Assembly (NCBI GenBank): GCA_029838195.1
Contig: JALGVJ010000013.1
Coordinates: 33,287 to 97,286 of the forward strand
Direction of reading: 5' to 3'
Source of the DNA: Promethearchaeota archaeon
GTDB lineage: Archaea; Asgardarchaeota; Lokiarchaeia; Sigyniarchaeales; SOKP01
DNA length: 64,000 bases
Of this stretch, positions 9,860 to 20,514 are shown in pieces. Below the pieces are notes generated by a model that saw nothing but the letters and a program-made list of their open reading frames with translations, was not told the DNA's origin and made no database searches. How positions within the stretch are numbered: position 1 is the first letter of the stretch; every line of letters starts with the position of its first letter. The position numbers and the translations under genes are program-made.

Positions 9860-11188
9860 TTGAGTGAAAAATTAGAAAAAATACGATCGATTTTAATGAA
9901 TCATCATGAGACCTTTAACCAATCCATTCCATTAATAGCATCGGAAAATATTACCAGTCCTGCTGTCCGAGAAGCTTGTAATTGCGATTTCTCTCATCGT
10001 TATGCAGAAGGCTGGGTAGGGCAAAGAGTTTATGCTGGTTGCAAATATATTGATGAGATTGAACAAATTTGTATCGATTTAGCAAAACAATATTTTAGAT
10101 GCGTTCATGCGGACGTGCGTCCGATATCCGGAGTAGTGGCGAATTTAGCATTATACAATGCTTTTACTTCAGAAAATGGTGGAAGGATGTGTGCCATGCC
10201 CATTCCGAAAGGAGGACATATCTCTCATGCTCCAAAAATCGCGAGTTCAGGACGTCCCATTTATGGAACGGCAGGCACGGTAAGGGGATTGGACGTGCGG
10301 TATTTAGCTTTTGATGAAAAAAACATGAACATTGATGTAGATGGCTCAATAAAAATCATTCGTGAATTCAAACCAGAATTAATTTTATTTGGAGGATCCG
10401 TGTTTCTCTTTCCTCATCCCGTTAAAGAGTTAAGAAACGTAGCAAATGAAGTAGGAGCAAGCATCGGATATGATGCAGCACATGTTGCCGGACTCATAGG
10501 GTCAGGCTATTTCCAAGATCCATTGAGAGAAGGTGCAGATGCCATAGCCATCAGTACTCATAAGACTTTACCTGGACCTCAACACGGAGCAGTGCTCACG
10601 GATAGAGAAGATCTCATTGATGAGTTGAAAAATGCGGTATTTCCCGCATTAATGTCAAATCATCACCTTCATAATGTAGCGGGGTTAGCCATTGCGTTAT
10701 TAGAAATGCTAGAGTTTGGAAAAGAATATCATAAAAAAGTAATTGAAAATGCTCAAACATTCGGAGAAGCTCTAGCTGAAGCAGGATTTAATGTACTCTG
10801 TGAACATTTGGGATTCACGAAATCCCATCAAATAGTAGTGGACGTGTCCAACTTTCAAAAAGACGTGGGCTTGGGAGGAGATATTGAGAAACTCCTAGAA
10901 AAAGCAAATATCATCATCAATAGAAATCTCTTACCCTGGGATATCCGAGAAGGCAGACATTACATGAATCCTGGTGGATTACGACTTGGAACTAGCGAAG
11001 TGACTCGCTTAGGAATGGGAAAAAGCGAAATGAAGCAAATCGCCGAATTTTTTAAATCTTTAATCATTGATAAAAAAGACCCCAATAAAGTAAAAAAAGA
11101 AGTGGCAAAATTTAGAAGAGAATTTCAATCAGTAAAATATTGTTTTCAATCCACCAATTCTGCCTATGGATACTTAAAATTCTATTAA
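9860..11188 (+). CDS. glyA: Serine hydroxymethyltransferase (archaeal type)
   Basis: LIASEN, RYAEG, GGHISH, YDAAHV, STHKTLPGPQ, GLRLGT. Confidence 0.97.
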   Translation: MSEKLEKIRSILMNHHETFNQSIPLIASENITSPAVREACNCDFSHRYAEGWVGQRVYAGCKYIDEIEQICIDLAKQYFRCVHADVRPISGVVANLALYNAFTSENGGRMCAMPIPKGGHISHAPKIASSGRPIYGTAGTVRGLDVRYLAFDEKNMNIDVDGSIKIIREFKPELILFGGSVFLFPHPVKELRNVANEVGASIGYDAAHVAGLIGSGYFQDPLREGADAIAISTHKTLPGPQHGAVLTDREDLIDELKNAVFPALMSNHHLHNVAGLAIALLEMLEFGKEYHKKVIENAQTFGEALAEAGFNVLCEHLGFTKSHQIVVDVSNFQKDVGLGGDIEKLLEKANIIINRNLLPWDIREGRHYMNPGGLRLGTSEVTRLGMGKSEMKQIAEFFKSLIIDKKDPNKVKKEVAKFRREFQSVKYCFQSTNSAYGYLKFY

Positions 11189-11292
11189 ATTTTTTTCCTT
11201 TCTTTTTCCAATCGAGGCATAAAATTTAACTAGAATAAAGTATTTTATACCTCATCAACGTTTTTTATTACAATTATAACACGATTACGAAA

Positions 11293-12126
11293 ATGAATAT
11301 CGAAATTCTCGAAAGAGATGAGCATTCTTTAACCTTCTTAGTGGAAGGAATTTCCATAGAAATGGCAAATGCCATAAGAAGAATCATCTTATCAGAAATT
11401 CCCGTAATGGCTATAGATGAAGTTATCATTTTAAAAAATGACTCTGTCCTTTATGACGAAATCTTAGCGCATCGATTAGGTTTAATCCCTCTCACTACGG
11501 ATTTGGAAACCTATAAACTTCCTCAAGAATGTGAGTGTGGAGGGTATGGATGTCCTCTTTGCCAAGTTTCATTAACATGCGAAATCACGAATACTACTAA
11601 CAGTCCTCTCATGATCTATTCTCGGGATTTAAAATCCAATGATCCTAAAATTGTACCTGTAAGTCCTGATATTCCCATCATCAAGATTGATAAGAATGAC
11701 AGCATCATTTTCGAAGCTTATGCCGTACTTGGAACTGCAAAGGAGCATGTAAAATGGCAAGCAGTATCTAACATTTTTTACAGATATTTACCGGACGTTT
11801 CCATCGATAGTGAGAGATGTAAAGATTGTTCTGATAAATGCGAAGGAGGAAAAATGTGTCCGGAGAGGCTTTTTCGATATTCCGAAAAGAATGCTCCTTC
11901 TTTAATCGAGGATTACTGGAGATATTGCACGCTATGCGAGGCGTGTGCAAAAAACTGTCCGAATAAAGCTATTAATGTGAATTGGAAAGAGAACTCCTAT
12001 ATTTTTTCCATTGAAAGTGATGGTGTTTTACCATTCAATGTTTTAATCAAAAAAACTTTTGAAATTTTTTTAGAGAAACTAGATGAATTTGAAAACAAGC
12101 TCATGAACCTTCAAATAGAGACATGA
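11293..12126 (+). CDS. rpoD: DNA-directed RNA polymerase subunit D (Rpo3)
   Basis: ANAIRRIILSEIP, NDSVLYDEILAHRLGLIP, AKEHVKWQ; Cys-rich Zn and ferredoxin-like inserts. Confidence 0.97.
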   Translation: MNIEILERDEHSLTFLVEGISIEMANAIRRIILSEIPVMAIDEVIILKNDSVLYDEILAHRLGLIPLTTDLETYKLPQECECGGYGCPLCQVSLTCEITNTTNSPLMIYSRDLKSNDPKIVPVSPDIPIIKIDKNDSIIFEAYAVLGTAKEHVKWQAVSNIFYRYLPDVSIDSERCKDCSDKCEGGKMCPERLFRYSEKNAPSLIEDYWRYCTLCEACAKNCPNKAINVNWKENSYIFSIESDGVLPFNVLIKKTFEIFLEKLDEFENKLMNLQIET

Positions 12127-12200
12127 AGCATCAAAAATTTATTAAAATATCCATGATTTAAACTATTAAACGATAATATTAACTGTGAATGTATTAAAAA

Positions 12201-12557
12201 ATGAGCCATCGAATAACCGGGCCATCCAACTATTATCAGCGTAAACTGATAAGGGACTTATGGAAAACTAAAAAAAGAATCTGGAAAACCGTGTCAAAAA
12301 AGCTTAGTGGTCCCAGAAAAAATCGTGTTGAAGTCAATCTTTATAGAATAAACAAGAAGACGAAGGAAGGCGATGTTATAGTCGTTCCGGGAAAAGTTTT
12401 AGGCGTAGGAGAATTGGATCATGAAATTACTATTGCGTGTTTAAATTGCTCGGAATCTGCTAGAACAAAAATATTATCTTCAGGAAGCAAGCTCTTGTCG
12501 ATAGAAGAATTATTAGAACAAAATCCGAAAGGAAGTAATGTTAAAATCTTTTGTTGA
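12201..12557 (+). CDS. rpl18e: 50S ribosomal protein L18e
   Basis: VVPGKVLGVG motif; position after rpoD. Confidence 0.96.
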   Translation: MSHRITGPSNYYQRKLIRDLWKTKKRIWKTVSKKLSGPRKNRVEVNLYRINKKTKEGDVIVVPGKVLGVGELDHEITIACLNCSESARTKILSSGSKLLSIEELLEQNPKGSNVKIFC

Positions 12558-12583
12558 TAAAATTTGGTTAAGAGAGGTTTTAC

Positions 12584-13054
12584 ATGCCTGAATACATACT
12601 ATTAGATGCTAAGGATAAGATATTAGGTAGGTTTTGTAGCCAAGTGGCAAAAAAACTATTGTTAGGTCAGCATGTTGTGGTAATCAATGCAAAAGACGCC
12701 ATTATTAGTGGAAATAAGAGAGCCATTCATGAGAAATATTTAGCACGCTTGAAAATTCGAACAGCAACGAACCCACGGCGAGGTCCCTTTCATAAAAGGC
12801 GTCCTGATACGTTCATGAGAAGGGTGATCAAACAAATGCTACCCCGCAAGAAACTTAGAGGAAAAGAAGCTCTTACTCGTGTTCACGTGTATATTGGAGA
12901 TATTCCTGAGAGATTTAAAAAAAGATATAATAAATTAATACATGGCGAAATAAAAAATGCAGATAAAAGGCGCCTTTCCTATTACAATAAATACATTACA
13001 TTAGATAATTTATGTTCGAGAATTGGATGGAATAAGGAGAACATTGAGGTGTAA
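12584..13054 (+). CDS. rpl13: 50S ribosomal protein L13
   Basis: DAKDKILGR, NPRRGPFH..RP, MLP motifs; operon context. Confidence 0.96.
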   Translation: MPEYILLDAKDKILGRFCSQVAKKLLLGQHVVVINAKDAIISGNKRAIHEKYLARLKIRTATNPRRGPFHKRRPDTFMRRVIKQMLPRKKLRGKEALTRVHVYIGDIPERFKKRYNKLIHGEIKNADKRRLSYYNKYITLDNLCSRIGWNKENIEV

Positions 13055-13059
13055 AAATC

Positions 13060-13476
13060 ATGTCTGAAAAAGTTAAAATTATTCAAAGTTCAGGTAAACG
13101 AAAAACTGCCATTGCAAGAGCTACGTTAAGACATCCTGCAAAGGGCCAAATTAAGATTAACAATGTCCCTCTTCATTTATATGAACCCGAACTCGCCCGA
13201 TTAAGAATTCAAGAAGTATTAGAGATAGGATATCATCCCAAATTAGATAAGTGTGATATTTCAATAAAAGTAAAAGGTGGAGGAATAATGGGACAGACAG
13301 ATGCCGTCCGAATTGCCTTGGCAAGAATCATTACTAAATTTATAGGGACTAAAACCGTTGAACAGGCGTTTCGAGAATATCAAGACACCCTTTTATCAGG
13401 AGATTCAAGAAGAACCGAACCGAAGAAATTTGGAGGCAAGAAAGCCAGAGCTCGCCGTCAAAAATCTTTTCGGTAA
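13060..13476 (+). CDS. rps9: 30S ribosomal protein S9
   Basis: GKRKTAIARA, VKGGGIMGQ, EPKKFGGKKARARRQKSFR. Confidence 0.97.
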   Translation: MSEKVKIIQSSGKRKTAIARATLRHPAKGQIKINNVPLHLYEPELARLRIQEVLEIGYHPKLDKCDISIKVKGGGIMGQTDAVRIALARIITKFIGTKTVEQAFREYQDTLLSGDSRRTEPKKFGGKKARARRQKSFR

Positions 13477-13500
13477 ACGTTTACTTTCCATCTCTTAACC

Positions 13501-14823
13501 TCATTTAAATTCTATTTTTGCATTTAGTTTTTTTAAGTGTTCCGTGAAATTAGGATAAGAATCGTTTATTATTTCAATATTTTTTATTATCGTGCTAGTA
13601 GATGCACGAAGGGCGGCAATGGTACACGCCATGGCGATTCGATGATCATTATTATGATTAATCTCTGTTCCATTTAACTCCTTACATTGATGTATTATCA
13701 TTTTATCCTCAAATTCTTCTACTTTTACTCCCATTTTTCTTAATTCCCTTGCCATTACGGAAATACGATCGGATTCTTTTAATCGTAAACTTGTTGCATT
13801 GTATAGCGTAGTGTTCCCTCTTGCTTGTGTTCCCAAGACGCAAAGAATGGGGAATAAATCTGGAATGTCCTTACAATCGATATCGATTCCTTCTAAAGGA
13901 TGCGTATCAATGTTTCCATTAATGAGGACGCGGTGGTTTTTTGAATCTACTTCAATTTCAGCTCCCATTTCTTTTAAAATTTCAATGATTTGCTTATCGC
14001 CTTGAGGTGTTTCAATATCTAGATTGGAAATGACGACTTGTTCTTTTGAACTTAATACAGCCGCACATATTAAAAAGGCTGCGGAAGAAAAGTCGCCGGG
14101 AATTTCATATTCTCTCCCTTCTAATTCTTGATTCACGGGAATCCGAAAATAACCGGTTCTATCCTTTTTTAACACCTCCTGAACCTCACCTCCAAATGCG
14201 CTTAATACATCTTCAGTAATTTTAATATAAGGATAAGAAATGAGAGGAGAGATGATATTTATAATAATAGAATCTTTCTGAGCGCATTTAATCATGGGAC
14301 ACGTAATTAATAGAGCGGTAATGAACTGTGAGCTAATATCTCCTGGAATTGAAATGGACTTACATGATTCTTTTACTCGCTCAACATGTAAGATATCATC
14401 CGTTAACTTGTATGTAGCTCCTAAAGAATCAAGAGATTCCAAAAGAGGTCGAATGGGACGATTTTTCGCAAGAAATTCTCCGGTCAAAGTTAAGCCTCCT
14501 TCTACGAACAAGCTTATCGCACTAAACATCCTGATGGAGGTCCCGGAATTCTTACAATCCAATATTTTTTTACATGCTTTAAAAGGAAAGTCCTTTTTTT
14601 TTATTCGGTATCGATAAGATGATAGTTCTTTTATTTCAACTCCCAGTTCCTTTAATATATTTATTGTTACTCCCACATCTCCGCTCGTTAAAGGGTTGAT
14701 TAGGGTAGATGGATCATTTGCGAGACTTGCAACTACAAAAGCTCGATGAGAATAGCTTTTAGAAGGAGGAGCTCTCACTTCGCCTCGCAAACAGTGAGAA
14801 CCACCATTAATCTTTAAATCCAT
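13501..14823 (-). CDS. aroA: 3-phosphoshikimate 1-carboxyvinyltransferase (EPSP synthase)
   Basis: PPSKSYSHR, NSGTSIR, SSQFITALL, LRLKESDRI, DHRIAM; start probably ATG 14823. Confidence 0.97.
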   Translation of the reverse strand: MDLKINGGSHCLRGEVRAPPSKSYSHRAFVVASLANDPSTLINPLTSGDVGVTINILKELGVEIKELSSYRYRIKKKDFPFKACKKILDCKNSGTSIRMFSAISLFVEGGLTLTGEFLAKNRPIRPLLESLDSLGATYKLTDDILHVERVKESCKSISIPGDISSQFITALLITCPMIKCAQKDSIIINIISPLISYPYIKITEDVLSAFGGEVQEVLKKDRTGYFRIPVNQELEGREYEIPGDFSSAAFLICAAVLSSKEQVVISNLDIETPQGDKQIIEILKEMGAEIEVDSKNHRVLINGNIDTHPLEGIDIDCKDIPDLFPILCVLGTQARGNTTLYNATSLRLKESDRISVMARELRKMGVKVEEFEDKMIIHQCKELNGTEINHNNDHRIAMACTIAALRASTSTIIKNIEIINDSYPNFTEHLKKLNAKIEFK

Positions 14824-14909
14824 TAAATAATTTAAAATTGTATTGAATAAAATATTAATCACGAAGGATTAAAATAGAACGGAACGTAAAGGAAAAATAG
14901 TGAGTTAAA

Positions 14910-16013
14910 ATGGGTGATAATGTCCTCGGAACGCGTTTAAAAATAACGTCATTTGGTGAAAGTCATGGAGATGTTATTGGTATCGTATTAGATAGTATTC
15001 CCGCGGGATTAGAAATAGATATGGACTACGTGCGCACGCAACTTCGGTATCGAAGGCCAGGACAATCTCGTTTGACTACAAACCGCACGGAACATGATGA
15101 ACCCGTGATACTTTCAGGTGTTTTTAAAGGGAAAACCACGGGGGCTCCTCTCTGCATAATAATAAAAAACAAGGATGTAGATTCTTCTTCTTATGAAAAA
15201 AATAAATTTCGCCTAAGGCCTTCCCATTGCGATTTTTCCGCATGGAAACGATATGGAGGCCATGCGGATTATCGGGGCTCGGGAAGATTTTCCGGAAGAA
15301 TAACGGCAGGATTTGTAATGGCGGGGTCAATTGCAAAACAAGTCTTAAAAAAATATAGCATCTTTATCTTCGCATATACGAAAAGCATAGGTGCCGTGAC
15401 AGATGATAAAACTTATATCATTGATGATTTAAGTAAATATCTCGAAAAAAGAGAACAATCACCAGTGAGAGCTCTAAATGATGAAAAATCAAAATTAATG
15501 GAAGAATTAATTGAGCATGTCAAAAAGGAGAATGATTCAATAGGGGGTACCATAAAATGCATGATATATAACGTACCCCCCGGCATCGGCAGTCCTGTAT
15601 TTAACAACCTTGAATCTAACATCAGTAAGGCAATCTTCTCGATTCCAGCTATTAAGGGTGTAGAATTTGGTGCCGGATTTAAAGCTTCTCTAATGAGAGG
15701 CTCCCAACATAATGACCCTTGGATCATAAAAGATGGGGTAATTAAAACATCAAAAAATGATGCTGGAGGTATAATCGGGGGAATTTCCACGGGAATGCCC
15801 ATTGAATTTACAGTTGCCGTGAAGCCTACTTCTACTATCGGAATCCCGCAAAATACAGTAGATATTGAAACCATGCAAGAAATTCAAGTAAAATTTGAGG
15901 GCCGTCATGACCCTTGCATCGTGCCGCGAGCGGTTGTCGTGGTGGAATCAATGGCCGCCATCGCTTTACTCGACCAAATGCTCATGGAAGGAAAAATACC
16001 TCTAGTTTTATGA
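14910..16013 (+). CDS. aroC: Chorismate synthase
   Basis: FGESHG, RRPGQS, GRFSGRIT, GRHDPCIVPRA. Confidence 0.97.
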   Translation: MGDNVLGTRLKITSFGESHGDVIGIVLDSIPAGLEIDMDYVRTQLRYRRPGQSRLTTNRTEHDEPVILSGVFKGKTTGAPLCIIIKNKDVDSSSYEKNKFRLRPSHCDFSAWKRYGGHADYRGSGRFSGRITAGFVMAGSIAKQVLKKYSIFIFAYTKSIGAVTDDKTYIIDDLSKYLEKREQSPVRALNDEKSKLMEELIEHVKKENDSIGGTIKCMIYNVPPGIGSPVFNNLESNISKAIFSIPAIKGVEFGAGFKASLMRGSQHNDPWIIKDGVIKTSKNDAGGIIGGISTGMPIEFTVAVKPTSTIGIPQNTVDIETMQEIQVKFEGRHDPCIVPRAVVVVESMAAIALLDQMLMEGKIPLVL

Positions 16014-16249
16014 AAAACATTAATCCTTAATAGAATCAAGTTTGCATTAGACGTCCTTGTATTTTTAGCAAGAGTGAAGGTAAAAACCTCTTGTTAAGAA
16101 AATTACTTAAGATTCCTTGAGGAGCTGCTTAAAGGAAAAAAATAAGAATTTTTAAAAGGTTCAAAGGATTAAAAAGCATGTGAATCAATTTATAAAAATT
16201 GCACTCCATGTGAAATGAATATAAGGTGAAAATATAAAAGGCTAAAAAA

Positions 16250-16483
16250 ATGAACGAGAAAATTGATACATCCGGCCAATTTATTGAATTCTACAAAAAA
16301 AAAGGAGATTATTTGTATGAGCTTTCTCAGAATCACTTCATGAACAGAGAATATAAAAAGACTTTAGAATTATTGAATCAGGCTTATAGCATGTACGTGA
16401 AAGCGGGCGCAAAAGAAGATGCTGAAAGAATCAAGCAACGATTTAATCAAATTAAGGAAAAGTATTTAAAAAAAAAAAAATAA
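16250..16483 (+). CDS. Small TPR-like helical protein
   Basis: 77-aa helical hairpin pattern (LELLNQAYSMY..AG...DAE). Confidence 0.7.
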   Translation: MNEKIDTSGQFIEFYKKKGDYLYELSQNHFMNREYKKTLELLNQAYSMYVKAGAKEDAERIKQRFNQIKEKYLKKKK

Positions 16484-16634
16484 AATCTTGAATCATGGTT
16501 TAAATGTTTATTTCCTCTATTTTTTGAATTTCGGATGTATTGTAATTGTTCTAACGAGAATCTCCTTGAGAATTTTCCCGTTAGTAATCATTAATGAAAG
16601 AAAAAGATAGCACCACGAAAAATACCTTTAAAAC

Positions 16635-17129
16635 CTAAGAAATTAACCCCGCATTTTTCATGCCTTCCAAGATATTCTTTATATGGGTTCCCCTCCAAAA
16701 AATTTTACGACAAGCGGGATTTCGACATCGGTAAAAGATGTCATGATAATTAAAAGTAGCTTCTTCCACCTCTTTTTTAATACTCTCTTTATTTGTTATT
16801 AATTGTAATTTAGAATTACATTTTGAGCATCTTGCTTTATCCATGGTAAAATCAAATTCTAAATTCAATTTTTCTTTTAATTGCTTTAAATAATTGTATA
16901 CGCCTTCTCCTTTTACGTAAATCGATATGGGGCGAGCTTTTTTGTAAAAGGAATAATCTCTTGTAATAAGGATTCTATTCTCTCTCAAGGCATGTTCTAA
17001 TAACTTCTTGTCAGAAATGGGATTCATTCCATAATATTTCTCTAAATCATTCGCATAAAGGGTATCATGACCAAAAATTCTCAAAAATCGCGCGAGTCGA
17101 CCTAACATCGCATCCACTAAAAACTTCAT
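16635..17129 (-). CDS. Mut7-C RNase domain protein (PIN-like plus Zn ribbon)
   Basis: KFLVDAMLGRLARFLRIFGHDT, RILITRD, RCSKCN, C..C.KIFWRGTH. Confidence 0.93.
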   Translation of the reverse strand: MKFLVDAMLGRLARFLRIFGHDTLYANDLEKYYGMNPISDKKLLEHALRENRILITRDYSFYKKARPISIYVKGEGVYNYLKQLKEKLNLEFDFTMDKARCSKCNSKLQLITNKESIKKEVEEATFNYHDIFYRCRNPACRKIFWRGTHIKNILEGMKNAGLIS

Positions 17130-17455
17130 GGAGTTTCTCAAGGATAAGAATGATAAGAGAAATAAATAAATATTTTCTTTTTATGAAATTTTATCGTTCC
17201 TTATCTTATAAAAATTTAGCTAAATCTAAAAAAATCATCATGTCATTATAACCAATTTCATCTTTAAAACCTTCGGAGAAGAAGGGAAGACAATGGAAAC
17301 GAATGGGGATTCCTATTTAAAATTACGTCTTCCTTATTTTTTTCTCCTTAAATGAACGGCTACATTTCCATGTACGATTCATAAAAATTTATAATGATAA
17401 ATGTCTTTTTATTCCACAATTAAAAGAAAAACCGCATGGAAGTGAAAAATAAATT

Positions 17456-17995
17456 TTGGACGCTAAACAACTCATGAAAAAAGCAGTAAAATTTCATGGA
17501 CATGCATGTCCCGGTTTAGCTTTAGGTGTCATGGTCGCTAAATATATTCTAGAACACGGTAATGACTTTTCTATAGATGAAGAATTAGTTGCTGTCGTTG
17601 AAAATAATAACTGTTCGGTCGATGCCATTCAAGCATTAATTGGTACTACCTTCGGTAAGGGAAATTTAATTTTTCTCGATTTCGGAAAGAATAATTATAC
17701 CATTTATAATCGAACTCAAAAAAAAGGAATAAGAATTTCCTTAAAATCGAGTGGATTACGAAGCCGTGATATGTCTCGGGAAGAACGCATCGAACAATTG
17801 TTAAATTCTGCTCCGGAAGATGTGTTTGAAATCAAGCCTGTAGAATTTAATCCGCCAAAAGAAGCAGAGATCCATGAATCCATTCGCTGTGATAAATGTG
17901 GAGAACCGACCATGAGCACCCGCATTAAAATACATGAAAATAAAAAGTTATGCATTCCCTGTTATAATCAAATGGTGAACCGTTTAAATGAATGA
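17456..17995 (+). CDS. FmdE family protein (formylmethanofuran dehydrogenase subunit E-like) with C-terminal Zn finger
   Basis: FHGHACPGLALG, CSVDAIQ, TFGKGN, CDKCGE...CIPC. Confidence 0.92.
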   Translation: MDAKQLMKKAVKFHGHACPGLALGVMVAKYILEHGNDFSIDEELVAVVENNNCSVDAIQALIGTTFGKGNLIFLDFGKNNYTIYNRTQKKGIRISLKSSGLRSRDMSREERIEQLLNSAPEDVFEIKPVEFNPPKEAEIHESIRCDKCGEPTMSTRIKIHENKKLCIPCYNQMVNRLNE

Positions 17996-18749
17996 AACAG
18001 ATCCACCAATCCTGCCTGGAGCAGGTCCTTTCTTTTTTGAGGGAAATGAAATTGGAATCTTGTTGCTTCATGGTGGTGGAGGAGGGACCTGCGCTGATTT
18101 AGAACCATTAGCTCGTGAGCTTCATGAATTAGGGGGATTTACGGTTTCTGTCCCCCTATTACCCGGTTACGGTCGCTCTCCCGAAATATTGAGAAAAACA
18201 ACCGTGATGGAATGGAAAGAACACATAAAAAAAGAATTAAACCGTTTAAAAAAGAGCTGTAAAAAAATTTTCGTAGGAGGACACTCCATGGGTGGATTAT
18301 TGACGCTCATTACTGCCAGCAAATTCGAGTTAAATGGCATCTTTCTTATTGGCACTCCCATTGGATTTGGAAGTAAACTTCCCTTACTTGTCCCTCTTTT
18401 GAAAGTGTTTATAAAGTACTATCCTGTAGGAGTTGAAGAATTAAAAAAAGAAACCCAGGGAAAATGGGTGGGATATGATAAAATTCCTTTAAATCTCGTA
18501 GGCAAGGTTAAAAAATTAATGAAAGAAATGAAAACCGTGTTACCACGCATTACTATTCCCGTTTTAATAATGCAAGGACGCTTGGATACTGTGATAAAAA
18601 AAAACAGCCTGGAGTACATCTATAATAATATAAGTTCCAAGGAAAAAGAAAAAGTTTGGTTAGAGCATAGTGATCATCCCATTTTAGATTGTCCCGATCA
18701 TGAGGTAATCGTCCAAAAGGTATATGACTTCATTAAAAAATATAGCTAG
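17988..18749 (+). CDS. Alpha/beta hydrolase (carboxylesterase/monoacylglycerol lipase-like)
   Basis: LLLHG, LPGYG, GHSMGG nucleophile elbow, Asp and His at expected spacing. Confidence 0.92.
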   Translation: MNETDPPILPGAGPFFFEGNEIGILLLHGGGGGTCADLEPLARELHELGGFTVSVPLLPGYGRSPEILRKTTVMEWKEHIKKELNRLKKSCKKIFVGGHSMGGLLTLITASKFELNGIFLIGTPIGFGSKLPLLVPLLKVFIKYYPVGVEELKKETQGKWVGYDKIPLNLVGKVKKLMKEMKTVLPRITIPVLIMQGRLDTVIKKNSLEYIYNNISSKEKEKVWLEHSDHPILDCPDHEVIVQKVYDFIKKYS

Positions 18750-18922
18750 AAGATCTATTTTCTCTAATAAGAAAACCTTATTTCAAAACTCCAAAATATT
18801 TAAATAGTATCAGTAATGTCTTCTTTTTTACATGATATTTAAAAATTAAAAATCATGTCTAAAAGAACCTATTTTAAAAACACCATGAAATATCTTAACC
18901 AAAATAAAGGGTTTGAGTTTTA

Positions 18923-19861
18923 ATGGATTTAGAAGATTTAAAGGTTGTAGTAGTGGGTGCCGGCACGATGGGGCACTCCATTTGCCAAGTGTATGCTCAA
19001 GCCGGATATCGAGTAAGTTTAGTAGATTTAAATTCCGCTATCTTAGATAAGGCATTATCAAAAATAACTTCAAACTTGGATGTCTTAAAGGAATTTAACA
19101 TGTTGGGAGGCCAAGAAATACCAAAGATTCTTAACCGAATTCAATTCACGACTGATCTCAAGAAAGTCGCAACAAAAGCGGATCTAATCGTCGAAGCGGT
19201 GTTTGAAAGGGCGGATATAAAACGAGATTTGTTTGTTAAATTAGATGAGTATTGCTCGAAAGATACCATATTCGCAAGCAATACCTCGGGATTAAACGTG
19301 TTTAAAATAGCAAAAATTAGCCATCCTGAGCGATTGATCATCCATCATTGGTTTGCCCCTCCTCACGTGGTCCCACTAGTAGAAGTAGTTCCGGGGCGTA
19401 AAACTTCTGATGATGTCATTGAGTTTTCCCTTAGATTGTTAAAACGATTGGGGAAAAAACCAATAACATTGCGAAAATTTTCCGACTATTTTATTGTAAA
19501 TAGAATTCAAAATGCCATCTCATCTGCTGTATTCCAATTAATCTTAATGAAAACAGCCACTCCCGAAGATATTGATGTGGCGGTAAAACATACTTTGGGA
19601 ATTAGATTGCCCATTGTTGGAGTCGTTCAGACCTTGGATTTTACTGGTTTAGATTTGGTCTATGATGTGGTTAAAAATCTCGGCACGGAACTTGGATTCA
19701 TCAAGGAAAAAATTGATCAAGGGCATCTTGGAGTGAAGACTTCAAAGGGTATATATGATTATGGAAACCGCTCAGAAGAACAAATTCTTAGAAAAAGAGA
19801 TGAGAAATACTTGAAATTATTGAATTTTCTTTGGCAAATCAATGCGTTTGAGCCTATTTAA
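18923..19861 (+). CDS. 3-hydroxyacyl-CoA dehydrogenase family protein
   Basis: VVGAGTMG, VEAVFE, ASNTSG, HWFAPP, LGVKTSKGIYDY. Confidence 0.93.
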   Translation: MDLEDLKVVVVGAGTMGHSICQVYAQAGYRVSLVDLNSAILDKALSKITSNLDVLKEFNMLGGQEIPKILNRIQFTTDLKKVATKADLIVEAVFERADIKRDLFVKLDEYCSKDTIFASNTSGLNVFKIAKISHPERLIIHHWFAPPHVVPLVEVVPGRKTSDDVIEFSLRLLKRLGKKPITLRKFSDYFIVNRIQNAISSAVFQLILMKTATPEDIDVAVKHTLGIRLPIVGVVQTLDFTGLDLVYDVVKNLGTELGFIKEKIDQGHLGVKTSKGIYDYGNRSEEQILRKRDEKYLKLLNFLWQINAFEPI

Positions 19862-19999
19862 TCCAAGTTAAGGAATCGCTTTCGTACAATGAACGTAGTG
19901 CCGGAAAATTTTTAAAAAGATTTAATATTATCAAAAGATTTGAATTATTAGAAATGAATTATCTTCCTTAAAAAAAGATGTAATTAAAACCATTTCAGA

Positions 20000-20443
20000 A
20001 TGTTAATACGTGAATTTTTTGAAAGAGACATTGACGAGATTACACATCTCATGAAAAATCTGTGCACGTTAAAAGGGCAAGAGTTTGATGAAGAAAAATG
20101 GAGGGAGAATTTACAAAAAAGCATGAAGGAAGATATTAATTCTGAAGTGATTGTAGCGGTCGATGATACATCTCAAGAAGTAGTGGCAATGGGGCATTTT
20201 TGTATCAAAAAGAGTAAAAATGAGATTCCATTTGGATACATTTCAGATTTAATCGTTAAGGAGGAGAATAGAAGATCGGGAATTGGAGAGAAAATCATGC
20301 GATACATGATCGATCGCTTTAAAAATAATCACGTGCAATCCGTTCGGTTAGTGGTTGATTCTAATGTTAAAGAATCAGCGAGAACGTTATTTAAAAAGTT
20401 AGGATTTCAAGAGATTGCACGGTTATATGAATTAAAGATTTAA
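20000..20443 (+). CDS. GNAT family N-acetyltransferase
   Basis: ISDLIVKEENRRSGIG acetyl-CoA motif, LFKKLGF. Confidence 0.92.
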   Translation: MLIREFFERDIDEITHLMKNLCTLKGQEFDEEKWRENLQKSMKEDINSEVIVAVDDTSQEVVAMGHFCIKKSKNEIPFGYISDLIVKEENRRSGIGEKIMRYMIDRFKNNHVQSVRLVVDSNVKESARTLFKKLGFQEIARLYELKI

Positions 20444-20514
20444 TCCTAACTCATGAAACAAATTACACTTTTTTATAACAACCATGAATAATTTAATTTA
20501 TTTGAGAGATAGTC

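Noticed and set aside
10225-10270. Short insertion in GlyA (APKIASSGRPIY) as another possible intron
   Set aside because: In frame, no stop, only a weak hairpin and no BHB geometry; this loop varies in length among archaeal GlyA.
16066-16096. Hairpin after the aroC TGA as a SECIS element
   Set aside because: AroC is complete at the TGA and the hairpin lacks a convincing archaeal or eukaryote-type SECIS core; MsrB here also uses Cys with no in-frame TGA.
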